This document shows, one piece after another, positions 1-9,226 of a stretch of DNA of 64,000 nucleotides (its first letter is position 1; the number at the start of each line of letters is the position of its first letter). The DNA comes from an uncultured Chloroflexia bacterium (lineage in GTDB: Bacteria > Chloroflexota > Dehalococcoidia > UBA2979), in the NCBI GenBank assembly GCA_963728205.1, contig CAVSIV010000006.1:1120001-1184000 (forward strand), written 5' to 3'. The notes under the pieces were generated by a model that was not told the DNA's origin, ran no database searches, and saw nothing but the letters and a program-made list of their open reading frames with translations. A program made the position numbers and the translations under genes.

Positions 1-1029
1 GAAGTGGACACGCCGCTCCCGGCGCTCGAGCTCCCGGCGATGGACGTCCCGTCCGGCCAGCTGCTCGCGTGGGAGAAGGAACTCCTCGGCACGTACATCT
101 CGGAGCACCCGTTCAAGCGCGCGGCCGCGAGCCTTGCGCAGTGGGTCACCGCGCAGGCGGCGGAGCTGACGGAGGATCTCTCCGGGCAGGAGGCCGTGAT
201 CGCCGGCACCGTGGTGGGCGTGCGGGCGCTCAGCACGCGGCAGGGCAAGCCGTTCGCCGCCGTGATGTTTGAGGACCTGTCGGGGCAGGCTGAGCTCACA
301 ATCTGGCCCGACGTCTACGAGCAGAACCGGATTCTGCTCGTCGAGGGCAACGTGTTGATGGCGAAGGTGGAGATCCGCACGCGCGGCGATCGCCTCACCA
401 TCGCCGCGCAGGAGCTCGTGGCGTACGACTACGAGCGCAGCGAGCTGATCGACTTCATGCCTGCGCGCTTCCAGGTGCGCTCCGGCCCCCGCCAGCCGGC
501 GTGGGCGCGCGGCGCCGGCGGAGGCGGAGGCCGTGGCGGTGGCGGTGGCGGTGGCGGTGGCGGGATGGGACGCGCCGGCCCAATGCACGGCGGCGGTCCA
601 CGCCCGCCGTCCGGCGGGCCGGGCGGCGGCCCCGGGGGCGGCTCACGCGCGCCGCTGCGCACCGTGGGCGGCACCGAGGCGCGCGTTGCCGAGCCCGTGT
701 CGCGCTACGCGGCGAGCGCGGACGACGCAACGACCGGTCCGCGCCGCCTGCGCGTCGTCATGGAGGAGACTACCGACGAAGGTGCCGATCTGCGCCGGCT
801 CCGTCGCATCTGTGCTGTCCTCGACCGCGCCGCCGGCGACGATCTGCCCGTCGAACTCGCCATCAAGCGACGCGACGAGACGCTCGTGAAGCTCCAGCGC
901 GGCGGCATGGCCCGCGCGAGCGTCGAGCGCGCCGTGCCCGAGCTGCAGGTGCTGCTCGGCGTGCTCGGCGAGGTGCGCGAGGTCGGCAGCGTCGTACCCG
1001 CCGCACCCATGGCCGCGGTCGGCAGTTAG
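1..1029 (+). CDS. dnaE: DNA polymerase III alpha subunit, C-terminal part (5' end outside window)
   Basis: WEKELLGTYISEHP motif followed by an OB-fold (FAAVMFEDLSGQAELTIWPDVYE) typical of the DnaE C-terminus; carries a Gly/Pro/Arg-rich insertion. Confidence 0.92.
   Translation, partial: EVDTPLPALELPAMDVPSGQLLAWEKELLGTYISEHPFKRAAASLAQWVTAQAAELTEDLSGQEAVIAGTVVGVRALSTRQGKPFAAVMFEDLSGQAELTIWPDVYEQNRILLVEGNVLMAKVEIRTRGDRLTIAAQELVAYDYERSELIDFMPARFQVRSGPRQPAWARGAGGGGGRGGGGGGGGGGMGRAGPMHGGGPRPPSGGPGGGPGGGSRAPLRTVGGTEARVAEPVSRYAASADDATTGPRRLRVVMEETTDEGADLRRLRRICAVLDRAAGDDLPVELAIKRRDETLVKLQRGGMARASVERAVPELQVLLGVLGEVREVGSVVPAAPMAAVGS
533..562 (+). repeat. (GTGGCG)x5 tandem repeat encoding poly-Gly in DnaE
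   Basis: Five perfect 6-bp units read directly from the sequence. Confidence 0.85.
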
Positions 1030-1117
1030 CCGGGACCGCAGCGCACATCAGGTCCCTTGGACCGCTCACACGTGCCGTAGACTTGGGTGCACCGAGCGCT
1101 TCAGCACGAGGTCACTC

Positions 1118-2107
1118 ATGACCCAGCACACGACCGAACCCGCGCCGCCGGCGGAGGGTCTCCGCGATGCCATCACGTCGATCCGCCGCGAGATCGCGCG
1201 TGTCGTCGTCGGCCAGCAGGCGTTCGTCGACCGCGTGCTCGTCGCGCTGCTCACCGGCAACCACGCACTGATCGAGGGTGTGCCGGGGCTCGCGAAGACG
1301 TTGACCGTCTCGACGCTCGCCGCCGCCATCGAGTGCACCTTCGCGCGCATCCAGTTCACGCCCGACCTGCTGCCGGCCGACATCACCGGCACGCTGGTCT
1401 TCAACCCCCGCGACGGCGACTTCTCCGTGCGGACGGGCCCGATCTTCGCGAACGTGGTGCTGGCCGACGAAATCAACCGCGCGCCGGCGAAGGTGCAGTC
1501 GGCACTGCTCGAGGCGATGCAGGAGCGCCAGGTCTCGATCGGCGGGGAGTCGCACTCGCTGCCGACGCCGTTCCTCGTGCTCGCCACGCAGAACCCGATC
1601 GAACAGGAAGGAACGTACCCGCTCCCGGAAGCGCAGCTCGACCGCTTCATGCTGAAGATCCTCGTCGGCTACCCGTCGCGCGAGGAGGAGCGGGCGATCC
1701 TCGCGCAGTCGCTGGACGGCGGCGCCGGCACGGTGACGCCGGTGGTGAGCGTCGAGCAGGTGGCGGCGCTGCAGGAGGCGACGCGCCGCATCGAGGTCAA
1801 CGACCGGCTACGCGAATACGTGATCCGTCTGGTCGAGGCAACGCGCGACCCGGCGCGCTACCAGCTGCCGGCACTCGCGCCGTTGATCGAGTTCGGGGCA
1901 TCGCCGCGCGCCGGCGTGTTCCTCGCGCGCGGCGCGCAGGCGTATGCGTTCGTGCAGGGGCGCACCTACGTGCTGCCCGAGGACGTGAAGGCGCTCGCAC
2001 CGGATGTGCTGCGCCACCGGCTCGTCCTGACCTACGAGGCGGAGGCGCAGGGCGTGAGCGCCGAAGCGATCGTGGCGCGCCTGCTGGAGGGCGTCGGGAT
2101 TCCCTAG
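1118..2107 (+). CDS. MoxR-family AAA+ ATPase
   Basis: Walker [66 protein letters not shown]. Confidence 0.95.
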   Translation: MTQHTTEPAPPAEGLRDAITSIRREIARVVVGQQAFVDRVLVALLTGNHALIEGVPGLAKTLTVSTLAAAIECTFARIQFTPDLLPADITGTLVFNPRDGDFSVRTGPIFANVVLADEINRAPAKVQSALLEAMQERQVSIGGESHSLPTPFLVLATQNPIEQEGTYPLPEAQLDRFMLKILVGYPSREEERAILAQSLDGGAGTVTPVVSVEQVAALQEATRRIEVNDRLREYVIRLVEATRDPARYQLPALAPLIEFGASPRAGVFLARGAQAYAFVQGRTYVLPEDVKALAPDVLRHRLVLTYEAEAQGVSAEAIVARLLEGVGIP

Positions 2108-3037
2108 ATGGCGCTGCTCCGTCGCCGTCGCGAGACGGCACCCGCGACCCCGGGGAGCACGTTCCTCACGCCGGACCTCGCCGCGCGCGTGCGGCGGCTC
2201 GAGATCCGCACGCGGCGGCTCGCCGGCACGCAACTTGCCGGCAACTACCGCAGCATCTTCCGCGGCACCGGCATCGAGTTCGCGGAGGCGCGCGAGTACA
2301 CGCCGGGCGACGACGTGCGCCGCATCGACTGGAACGTCACCGCGCGCATGGGCACACCATGGGTGAAGGAGTACGTCGAGGAGCGCGAGCTGAACCTCGT
2401 GTGCGCCGTCGACCTCTCCGCGTCGCAGCTCGTCGCGCGGCCCGCTACCGGCCGGCTGGCCGCCGCGGCGGAGCTGACGGCGCTCCTCGGCTTCGCCGCC
2501 GTGCAGAACCACGATCGCGCCGGCCTGCTCACGTTCACCGATCGCGTCGAGCGCTTCGTCCCGCCGCGGCACGGCACGCGCCACGTGATGCGCATGATGC
2601 GCGACGTCTTCCTGCACGACGAGACGCATCGCGGCACGAACATCGGCGCGGCCGCGGACTATCTCGCGCGCGTGCTGCCGCGCCGGTCCGTCGTGTTCGT
2701 CATCTCCGACTGGCTCGACACCGGGTTCGCGCAGTCGCTCCGCGCGCTGGCGCGGCGCCACGACGTGACCGCGCTGGTGCTCATCGACCCGATCGATCTC
2801 GCACTCCCCGACCTCGGGCTCGTCGCCGTCGAGTCCGCGGAGGACGGCACGCGCGCATGGCTCGACACGTCCGACCGCGAGGTGCGTGAGCGCTACGCCG
2901 CTGCCGCGCACGACCGCGCCCGCCACCGCCACGAGCTCCTCGCGATCGCGGGCGTGGACGAGGTGGAGGTGCGGCTGGACGCCGACATCGTCGACCCGCT
3001 GGCCGCGTACTTTCGACTGCGGGCGGGCCGGCGGTGA
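2108..3037 (+). CDS. DUF58 (VWA-like) protein, MoxR partner
   Basis: GIEFAEAREYTPGDDVRRIDWNVTAR motif; DLSAS MIDAS-like site; abuts moxR. Confidence 0.9.
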   Translation: MALLRRRRETAPATPGSTFLTPDLAARVRRLEIRTRRLAGTQLAGNYRSIFRGTGIEFAEAREYTPGDDVRRIDWNVTARMGTPWVKEYVEERELNLVCAVDLSASQLVARPATGRLAAAAELTALLGFAAVQNHDRAGLLTFTDRVERFVPPRHGTRHVMRMMRDVFLHDETHRGTNIGAAADYLARVLPRRSVVFVISDWLDTGFAQSLRALARRHDVTALVLIDPIDLALPDLGLVAVESAEDGTRAWLDTSDREVRERYAAAAHDRARHRHELLAIAGVDEVEVRLDADIVDPLAAYFRLRAGRR

Positions 3038-4041
3038 GGTCGCGCCTGCGGGTCCCGGTCGCGGCGTCGTTCATCGCGGTGGTCGCCGCGCTGTCGCTCG
3101 GCATCGCGTCGGCACCGCTTGCGCGGGCGCAGCAGGTGTCGGCGCCGGTCGACGTTCGCACCCACCTCGACATCGCGACGGCGACGCTCGGACAGCACAT
3201 CACGCTGACCGTCGTCGTGCGGCACGCGCAATCGCTGCTCGTGACGATCGCGCGGCCCGCCGCGCAGTCCGACCTCGACATCGCTGCCGGGGATCCCCAG
3301 GACACCGTGCCCGATGCCACGGGCGCTCAGGCCACGACGACTGCGACGTTCGTGCTCGCGCCCTTTGCGCTCGGCGACGTGTCGATCCCGCCGATCCGCG
3401 TGTCGTGGCTGCGCAGCGACGGGACCACGGGCGCCGTCTCGGTGCAGCCGCCGGCGATCCCGGTCACACCCATCCGCACCGCCGGCGACGACGCGTTGCG
3501 TCCGTTGAAGCCCCAGGTCGCCGTCGGCGGCGCCCCGCCGGCATGGTTGCGCGCGGCCGCGGCGACTGCCGTGGGGGGCGTCGTCCTCGCGACCGTGGCT
3601 GCGGTCGCGCTGTGGCGGCGCCGGCGTCGGCTGCGCGCGGCGAGCGAGCGATCGCTGGAACCCGACGTGACACCGGAGCAGCGGGCGCGCGCGCGACTCG
3701 ACGGGCTGTTGCTGCCGTCGCGCAACACCGCCGACCACTACCAGCACTTCTACGGCACGATCTCGCTCGCCGTGCGCTCCTACCTCGAGGACCGTTTCGG
3801 CTTCAACGCGACCGCGCTCACGACGACCGAGCTCGAGCGACGCATGACCGAGCGCGGCGTCGGTCGCTGGCAGGCGCGCCTCGTCGCCGGCCTGCTCGAC
3901 CGTTGCGACGGCGCGGTCTACGCGCACGACTATCCCGACCCCGCCTCGGCCGACCACGATCTCACGCTCGCGTACGAGATCGTGGAGCTGTCGCGGCCGC
4001 ATCTCGAGCCGTCGGGACCGGAGCCGGCGGTGCGCGCATGA
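3034..4041 (+). CDS. Secreted/membrane protein of the Bat-like operon (BatD/DUF4381-like)
   Basis: Signal peptide, Ig-like beta region, TM helix, C-terminal YLEDRFG...TTTEL motif; GTGA overlap with the upstream gene. Confidence 0.65.
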   Translation: MRSRLRVPVAASFIAVVAALSLGIASAPLARAQQVSAPVDVRTHLDIATATLGQHITLTVVVRHAQSLLVTIARPAAQSDLDIAAGDPQDTVPDATGAQATTTATFVLAPFALGDVSIPPIRVSWLRSDGTTGAVSVQPPAIPVTPIRTAGDDALRPLKPQVAVGGAPPAWLRAAAATAVGGVVLATVAAVALWRRRRRLRAASERSLEPDVTPEQRARARLDGLLLPSRNTADHYQHFYGTISLAVRSYLEDRFGFNATALTTTELERRMTERGVGRWQARLVAGLLDRCDGAVYAHDYPDPASADHDLTLAYEIVELSRPHLEPSGPEPAVRA

Positions 4042-4982
4042 GCTTCGCGACGCCGGCCGTGCTCGCGCTGCTCCCCCTGCTCGCGATCGCCGCGCTCGCC
4101 CTCGCGGGCGCGCGCCGTCGCCGGGGCGCGGCGCTGCTCTTCGCCGATGCCGCCGCCGTCGCATACGCCGCGCGGACGACGTGGCGGCTTCGTCTGCGCT
4201 GGCTGCCGACGGCGCTGCGGTGGCTCGCGGTCGTCCTCGTCGTGCTCGCCCTCGCACGCCCGCGCCAGGGGCTCGCGACCACCACGATCCCCGAGGAAGG
4301 CATCGACGTGGTCGTGACCGTCGATGTATCCAGCTCGATGACCACGTCGATCGGCCCGAACGAAACGCGCGTCTCCGCGGCGCGACGCGTCGTGGGCGAC
4401 TTCGTCGACAGCCTGCAGGGCGACCGGGTCGGGCTCGTCGTCTTCCAGTCGCGCGCGCTGACGCTCTCACCGCTCACGCTCGATCAGGAGGCGATCAAGC
4501 AGCGCATCGCGACGCTGAAGCCGGGGCTGATCCAGGACGGGACGGCGATCGGACTCGGCGTGAGCGAGTCGCTGAGCCTGCTGCGCGACTCGCCGGCCAA
4601 GAGCCGCGTGATCGTGTTGCTGACCGACGGCGAGAACAATTCGGGCGACATCGACCCGCAGACTGCGGCGCAGCTCGCGAAGGCGCTCGGCGTGCGCATC
4701 TACACCATCGGATTCACGGGCGGCTCGTTCGGCGGCGGCGGCGTGGACGCGAAGTCGCTGCAGCGCGTGGCCGACACGACGGGCGGCGAGTTCTTCGATG
4801 CGAATACGCAGGCCGACCTCGCGTCGGCGTACGCGCAGATCGGGAACCTCGAGCGCTCGCGGGTCGGGCAGCGCACGTTCACGAGCTTCCGCGAGCTCGC
4901 CCCGCCGCTGATCGCGGCGGCGCTCGCGCTGCTCACGGTCGAGGCGGTACTGCGCGCGTCGTGGCTGCGGCGGTACCCCTGA
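4038..4982 (+). CDS. VWA-domain membrane protein (BatA-like)
   Basis: ATG at 4038 (ATGA overlap); LALARP, DVSSS MIDAS, DRVGLVVF, GTAIGLG, LLTDGENNSG. Confidence 0.88.
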   Translation: MSFATPAVLALLPLLAIAALALAGARRRRGAALLFADAAAVAYAARTTWRLRLRWLPTALRWLAVVLVVLALARPRQGLATTTIPEEGIDVVVTVDVSSSMTTSIGPNETRVSAARRVVGDFVDSLQGDRVGLVVFQSRALTLSPLTLDQEAIKQRIATLKPGLIQDGTAIGLGVSESLSLLRDSPAKSRVIVLLTDGENNSGDIDPQTAAQLAKALGVRIYTIGFTGGSFGGGGVDAKSLQRVADTTGGEFFDANTQADLASAYAQIGNLERSRVGQRTFTSFRELAPPLIAAALALLTVEAVLRASWLRRYP

Positions 4983-6841
4983 TGGGGACGCTCGCGTCGT
5001 TCGACTTCGGCCAGCCGCTGGCACTGCTCGCGCTGCTCGCGGTCGTGCCGGCGGCATGGGCCGCACGCGTCGCGCTGCGCCGGCGGCGCGCGGCGGACGC
5101 CGCGTACGGCGGCCCGGCCGAACTGCGCCTCGGCGTCACGGAGTGGCGCGCGCGCGCCCGGCTGGCGCTGGCGCTGTTGGCGATCGTCGCGCTCGCACTC
5201 GCGCTCGCACGGCCGCGATGGGGGCACGCGCAGGTGCCGGTCGAGCGGCGCGGGATCGACGTGGTGATCGCGCTCGACGTGTCGCGCTCGATGAGCGCGG
5301 CGGACGTCGCGCCCACCCGTGCGCAGGCGGCCGCCGCCGGCCTGGACGCGATGATCGAGCACCTGCAGAGCGACCGCGTCGGCCTCGTCACCTTCGCCGG
5401 CACGGCGTTCATGCGGGCCCCGCTGACCACCGACCTCGGCGCGATCAGCCAGCTGGTGGTACGCGCGCAGTCGGACTCGCCGCTGGTGCGTCCCGGGACC
5501 GACCTCGCCGGCGCGCTCGACACCGCGCTCGCGACGCTGAACGTGAAGGACGCGGCGGGGTCGCAGGTGATCGTCCTCGTCTCAGACGGCGAGGGCGTCG
5601 CCCCCGGCGACCTCCAGGGCGCCTTGCAGCGCGCGCAGGACCGGCACGTGCGCGTCTACACGGTGGTGGACGGAACCGAGGCGGGCGGTGCGTTGACCGA
5701 CGCAGCAGCGGCGCCGGGCGAGGTGAGCCACGCCGATCCCGGCGCGCTCCAGCAGATCGCTCAGGCAACCGGTGGGACGTTCCGGCCGGTGGGCTCCGTC
5801 GCGGGTCTCGCGGTGGACTTCGCGCGCATGAGCCAGTCGCTGTTCGACCGGGAGACGCAGCGGGCGCCCGTCGAGCGGTTTCAATGGTTCCTCGGCGCAG
5901 CGCTGCTGCTCCTGGTCGCGCAGGCGGCGCTGGCCGACGTCGCCCCGCGCGGCCGACCGAGCGTCCGCACGCTGGCGCTGCCCGGGCTTGCTCTGCTCGG
6001 CGCCGTCCTGGTGGGGTGCGGCGGCACGGCGCTCTACCGCGCGGTAACGAGCGGCAACCGCGAGTATGCGGCGAGCCACTACGACGTCGCGCTCACGGAC
6101 TACCAGCAGGCGGAGTCGATTGCGCCGGACGACCCGGGCGTGCTCTATGACCTTGCGACCACGCTGCACCAGCTCCGGCGCTACGAGGAGTCGTCGGTGA
6201 CGGCGACGAAGGCGCTCGCCACCGCGCCGGACCCGGAGCTGGCGTTCCGGCTGCAGTACCTCGCCGGGGGGACGGCGTTCTCGCGCGGCGCACTCGACGA
6301 GGCGCGCACCGCGTACATCGCGGCGCTGCGCGACCACCCGGAGGACCGGGACGCGAAGGCGAACCTCGAGCTGGTCTTGCGCGCGCTCGGGCAGCAGGCG
6401 AACCAGCAGAGCGGGCAGCAGCAGGGGCAGGGGCAGGGGCAGGACGAGCCCGGCGGCGCCGGCACCGGCGCGGGCCAGGGCCAGCAGGGCCCGTCGGGCC
6501 AACCGGGGCAGCCCGACCAGGGCGCGCAGCCGGGTGCCGGCACGCCCGTGCCGGGGGGCACCGGCGGAGCCTCGCCGGGGGGCGGCAGCGGTAGCGGCCA
6601 GCCGAACGCATCGGGCACGCCGGGAGCCGCAGGCGGGGGCGACACCAGTGGGATGCCGGGCGACAGCGCGGACGGCGAAGCGGCGCGTGCACAGGCGGCG
6701 GCGGCGCTGAACCAGGCGCTGCAGGCGCTCGGTCCCAACGTCACGCCCGAGGAGGCCCGCCGGATCCTGGAGCTTGCCCAGCGCGCGAACGCGCTGGAGG
6801 GGCTGCTACCGCCGAAGGACGGGACCGTCCCCGCGCGCTGA
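4982..6841 (+). CDS. VWA + TPR fusion protein (BatB/BatC-like) with Gln/Gly-rich linker
   Basis: ATG at 4982 (TGATG coupling); ALARPRWG, DVSRS MIDAS, SDGE; TPR region ending DAKANLEL; low-complexity Q/G/P tail. Confidence 0.85.
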   Translation: MGTLASFDFGQPLALLALLAVVPAAWAARVALRRRRAADAAYGGPAELRLGVTEWRARARLALALLAIVALALALARPRWGHAQVPVERRGIDVVIALDVSRSMSAADVAPTRAQAAAAGLDAMIEHLQSDRVGLVTFAGTAFMRAPLTTDLGAISQLVVRAQSDSPLVRPGTDLAGALDTALATLNVKDAAGSQVIVLVSDGEGVAPGDLQGALQRAQDRHVRVYTVVDGTEAGGALTDAAAAPGEVSHADPGALQQIAQATGGTFRPVGSVAGLAVDFARMSQSLFDRETQRAPVERFQWFLGAALLLLVAQAALADVAPRGRPSVRTLALPGLALLGAVLVGCGGTALYRAVTSGNREYAASHYDVALTDYQQAESIAPDDPGVLYDLATTLHQLRRYEESSVTATKALATAPDPELAFRLQYLAGGTAFSRGALDEARTAYIAALRDHPEDRDAKANLELVLRALGQQANQQSGQQQGQGQGQDEPGGAGTGAGQGQQGPSGQPGQPDQGAQPGAGTPVPGGTGGASPGGGSGSGQPNASGTPGAAGGGDTSGMPGDSADGEAARAQAAAALNQALQALGPNVTPEEARRILELAQRANALEGLLPPKDGTVPAR

Positions 6842-9226
6842 CCCGGCGCCGTCGTCTTCGCCACGTCGCCGACGGAGTGGAACGAGCCGGCGCGCGACGA
6901 GCCGCCACAGCCGGCGCTGCACGCGCGCCGCATCGCCGTCCAGCTCGCGCGCCTGCTCGTCGTTCTCCGCGCTCGCCCGGTCGCCGCCATAGCGCGAGGC
7001 CGTGTAGGACCGCGCGAGCCGGTCGAGCGCGGCCGGCTCGTCGACCCTGGTACGAAGCGAGCGTGCGGCCTCGATCGGCGTCGCGGTGCTGCGTGGCGTC
7101 GCTCCTGCCCAGGCGCCGAGGCGCTGCACCTTCGCCCAGCGCCGCACCGGCGGCGCGAGGCCGCGGAACTGCCACTCCCACGCGGTGCGCCCGGTCAAGC
7201 CGAGCACGACCACGACCGCCGCCACGCCGAACATCACCTCGAGCATCGCGACGACAATCGACCCGAGCGCGCCTCCGCGGGTGCTCGCCGCGGGCGCCTG
7301 GTGGCCAATCGTGCCGCCGTTGTCGATCGCCGCGAACTGGTCGAGCAGCGACTGCTCGAAGGCGTCCGGGAACGCGAGCGGCGAACCGCCGTTCTGAGCA
7401 CTCTGAGCGCCGGCGTCGCTCGCGGGAAGCGTCGCCGCCGGGCGCGTCGGCGTGGGGTTGAAGTCCACCCAGCCGAGCCCGGCGAAGTAGACCTGCGGCC
7501 ATGCCCACGCGCGGAGTTCGCTGACCTGGTACGTCTTCGTCGCCGAGTTGAGGTCGGCCGGGTCGAGCGCGAATCCGGTCGCGACGCGCGTCGGGATCCC
7601 GAGCGTGCGCAGCAGCACCGCCATCGCGGACGCGTGGTAGTCGAAGTAGCCCTGCTTCGAGTCGAAGAGGAAGTAGTCGACGGCGTCGTGCAGCGGCGGC
7701 GGGTCCTGCATGTTCAGATCGAACGGGTAGTGGTCGCGCAGGTACTGCTCGACGCGACGGGCGGACTCGTAGGGGTTCTGCGTGTTCCCGACGATCTGAC
7801 GCGCGAGCTGGCGCACCTCCGGCGGGAGCGCGGACGGGAGCTGCGTGTAGCGCGTCGCGATCGCGGCGGGGTAGTCACGGCCGGACTGCTCCAGGGTCTG
7901 CGCCGACGCGACGGAGATCGTGCCGACGGTCGTGTACTCGTCGCCCGGCTCGACGCGATTCGTGGGTGCGAGTCCGACCACGTCGTCGCCCCCGGCGCCG
8001 GTGATCGCCTGCGCGTCGACGCTGGTCGCGAGCGGCTCACCGGGTGAGAGCAGGCGCGTCATCGGGATTTCGTTCCCGACGATCTTCACGGTCACGGACA
8101 CGGGCTCGCGGAGCTGAGCGCGGGTGAGCGGTGTGCCGAACGATGCGGCCTGGACGCTGGTACCGGTCATCGGCTGCTTCGACTCGGAGGAGATCTTCCA
8201 GCCGCCGCCGGTGTACTCGTCGTACACCGCGCCGCGCAGGTTGACCGGCGCGGGGGCGGTGACGTCCATCAGCACGTTCGACGACAGCGCCATCTTGCCG
8301 CGCAGGGGGAAGACGTCGGAGAAGGCGTGCGCGGGCAGCGGCTTCTTCGAGTTGATGCCGACGAACAGCCGGCCGACGCGATCGAGTCGCTGGGTCACGG
8401 GCTGCATGACGGCGACCCAGCGATCGGCGATCGGCCCCCAGTGGTTCGCGGTCGGGATCAGCCACGCGGAGAGCACGAGCACGAGCCCGACCCATGCGCC
8501 CGCGAACAGCACCTCCATCGACATGAAGTCGGGCAGCGCGACGTGCTCGCCCTGCCACCGCCGGATCGCCTGCAGGAAGTGCATCCGCGCGAGCAGGAGC
8601 ACGGCGGCGAACAGGAAGACGACAAACGCGAACGACGGCTGCCCCGGGAGGTACGAGATGTTCGTGAGCAGTACGAAGCCGCCCGGGACGAGCGCGGCCC
8701 ACGCGTTGTGCCACCGGACGACGGCCCACGCCGAAACGTATGAGATCGCCCACATCAGCAGGACGAGCAGGAGCACGAACGGAAGCGGGTCGCTGGAGAC
8801 GCCGCCGGTGAGCGCCGCCTGACCCCAGTCGTGCAGCCGGAGCCAGAACTCGGACCAGCGCGCGGCAAACCCCGCGTCGAGGGGGTCGGCGATCTGCATC
8901 GTCTGCAGTACCTCGCCCAGGATCACGATCGCGCCGAGGCTGACGCCGACCACGTGGAGCGGCAGCGCGCGACCCCGGGTGCTGGCCAGCACCCAGCCGA
9001 TGCCCACGCCGATGAAGGCGGCGAGCGTCAGCGACGGCATCTCGTTCACCCACTTCGTGGACTCGAGTGAGCCGACGACGGGAAGCTGGACGAGGAGGAG
9101 GAGGAGGAGGGTCAGCCACGCCTCCCACGACCGCAGGAACGCGAAGCGCCCGGGCTCGGCGGGCTCGGCCTGCGAGGGCGAGACGCCGCCGGGCCGGTAG
9201 AGCACGTCCCAGGACATCTCGGCCAT
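6806..9226 (-). CDS. Membrane transglutaminase-like (TgpA/DUF3488-DUF4129 type) protein, catalytic triad substituted
   Basis: ATG at 9226 coupled to the upstream stop; multi-TM N-terminus, LRGAVYDEYTGGGW, core YFLFDSKQGYFDYHASAMAVLLRTLGIPTRVATGF...AWAWPQVYFAGLGWVDFNPTP. Confidence 0.88.
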   Translation of the reverse strand: MAEMSWDVLYRPGGVSPSQAEPAEPGRFAFLRSWEAWLTLLLLLLVQLPVVGSLESTKWVNEMPSLTLAAFIGVGIGWVLASTRGRALPLHVVGVSLGAIVILGEVLQTMQIADPLDAGFAARWSEFWLRLHDWGQAALTGGVSSDPLPFVLLLVLLMWAISYVSAWAVVRWHNAWAALVPGGFVLLTNISYLPGQPSFAFVVFLFAAVLLLARMHFLQAIRRWQGEHVALPDFMSMEVLFAGAWVGLVLVLSAWLIPTANHWGPIADRWVAVMQPVTQRLDRVGRLFVGINSKKPLPAHAFSDVFPLRGKMALSSNVLMDVTAPAPVNLRGAVYDEYTGGGWKISSESKQPMTGTSVQAASFGTPLTRAQLREPVSVTVKIVGNEIPMTRLLSPGEPLATSVDAQAITGAGGDDVVGLAPTNRVEPGDEYTTVGTISVASAQTLEQSGRDYPAAIATRYTQLPSALPPEVRQLARQIVGNTQNPYESARRVEQYLRDHYPFDLNMQDPPPLHDAVDYFLFDSKQGYFDYHASAMAVLLRTLGIPTRVATGFALDPADLNSATKTYQVSELRAWAWPQVYFAGLGWVDFNPTPTRPAATLPASDAGAQSAQNGGSPLAFPDAFEQSLLDQFAAIDNGGTIGHQAPAASTRGGALGSIVVAMLEVMFGVAAVVVVLGLTGRTAWEWQFRGLAPPVRRWAKVQRLGAWAGATPRSTATPIEAARSLRTRVDEPAALDRLARSYTASRYGGDRASAENDEQARELDGDAARVQRRLWRLVARRLVPLRRRRGEDDGAGSARGDGPVLRR

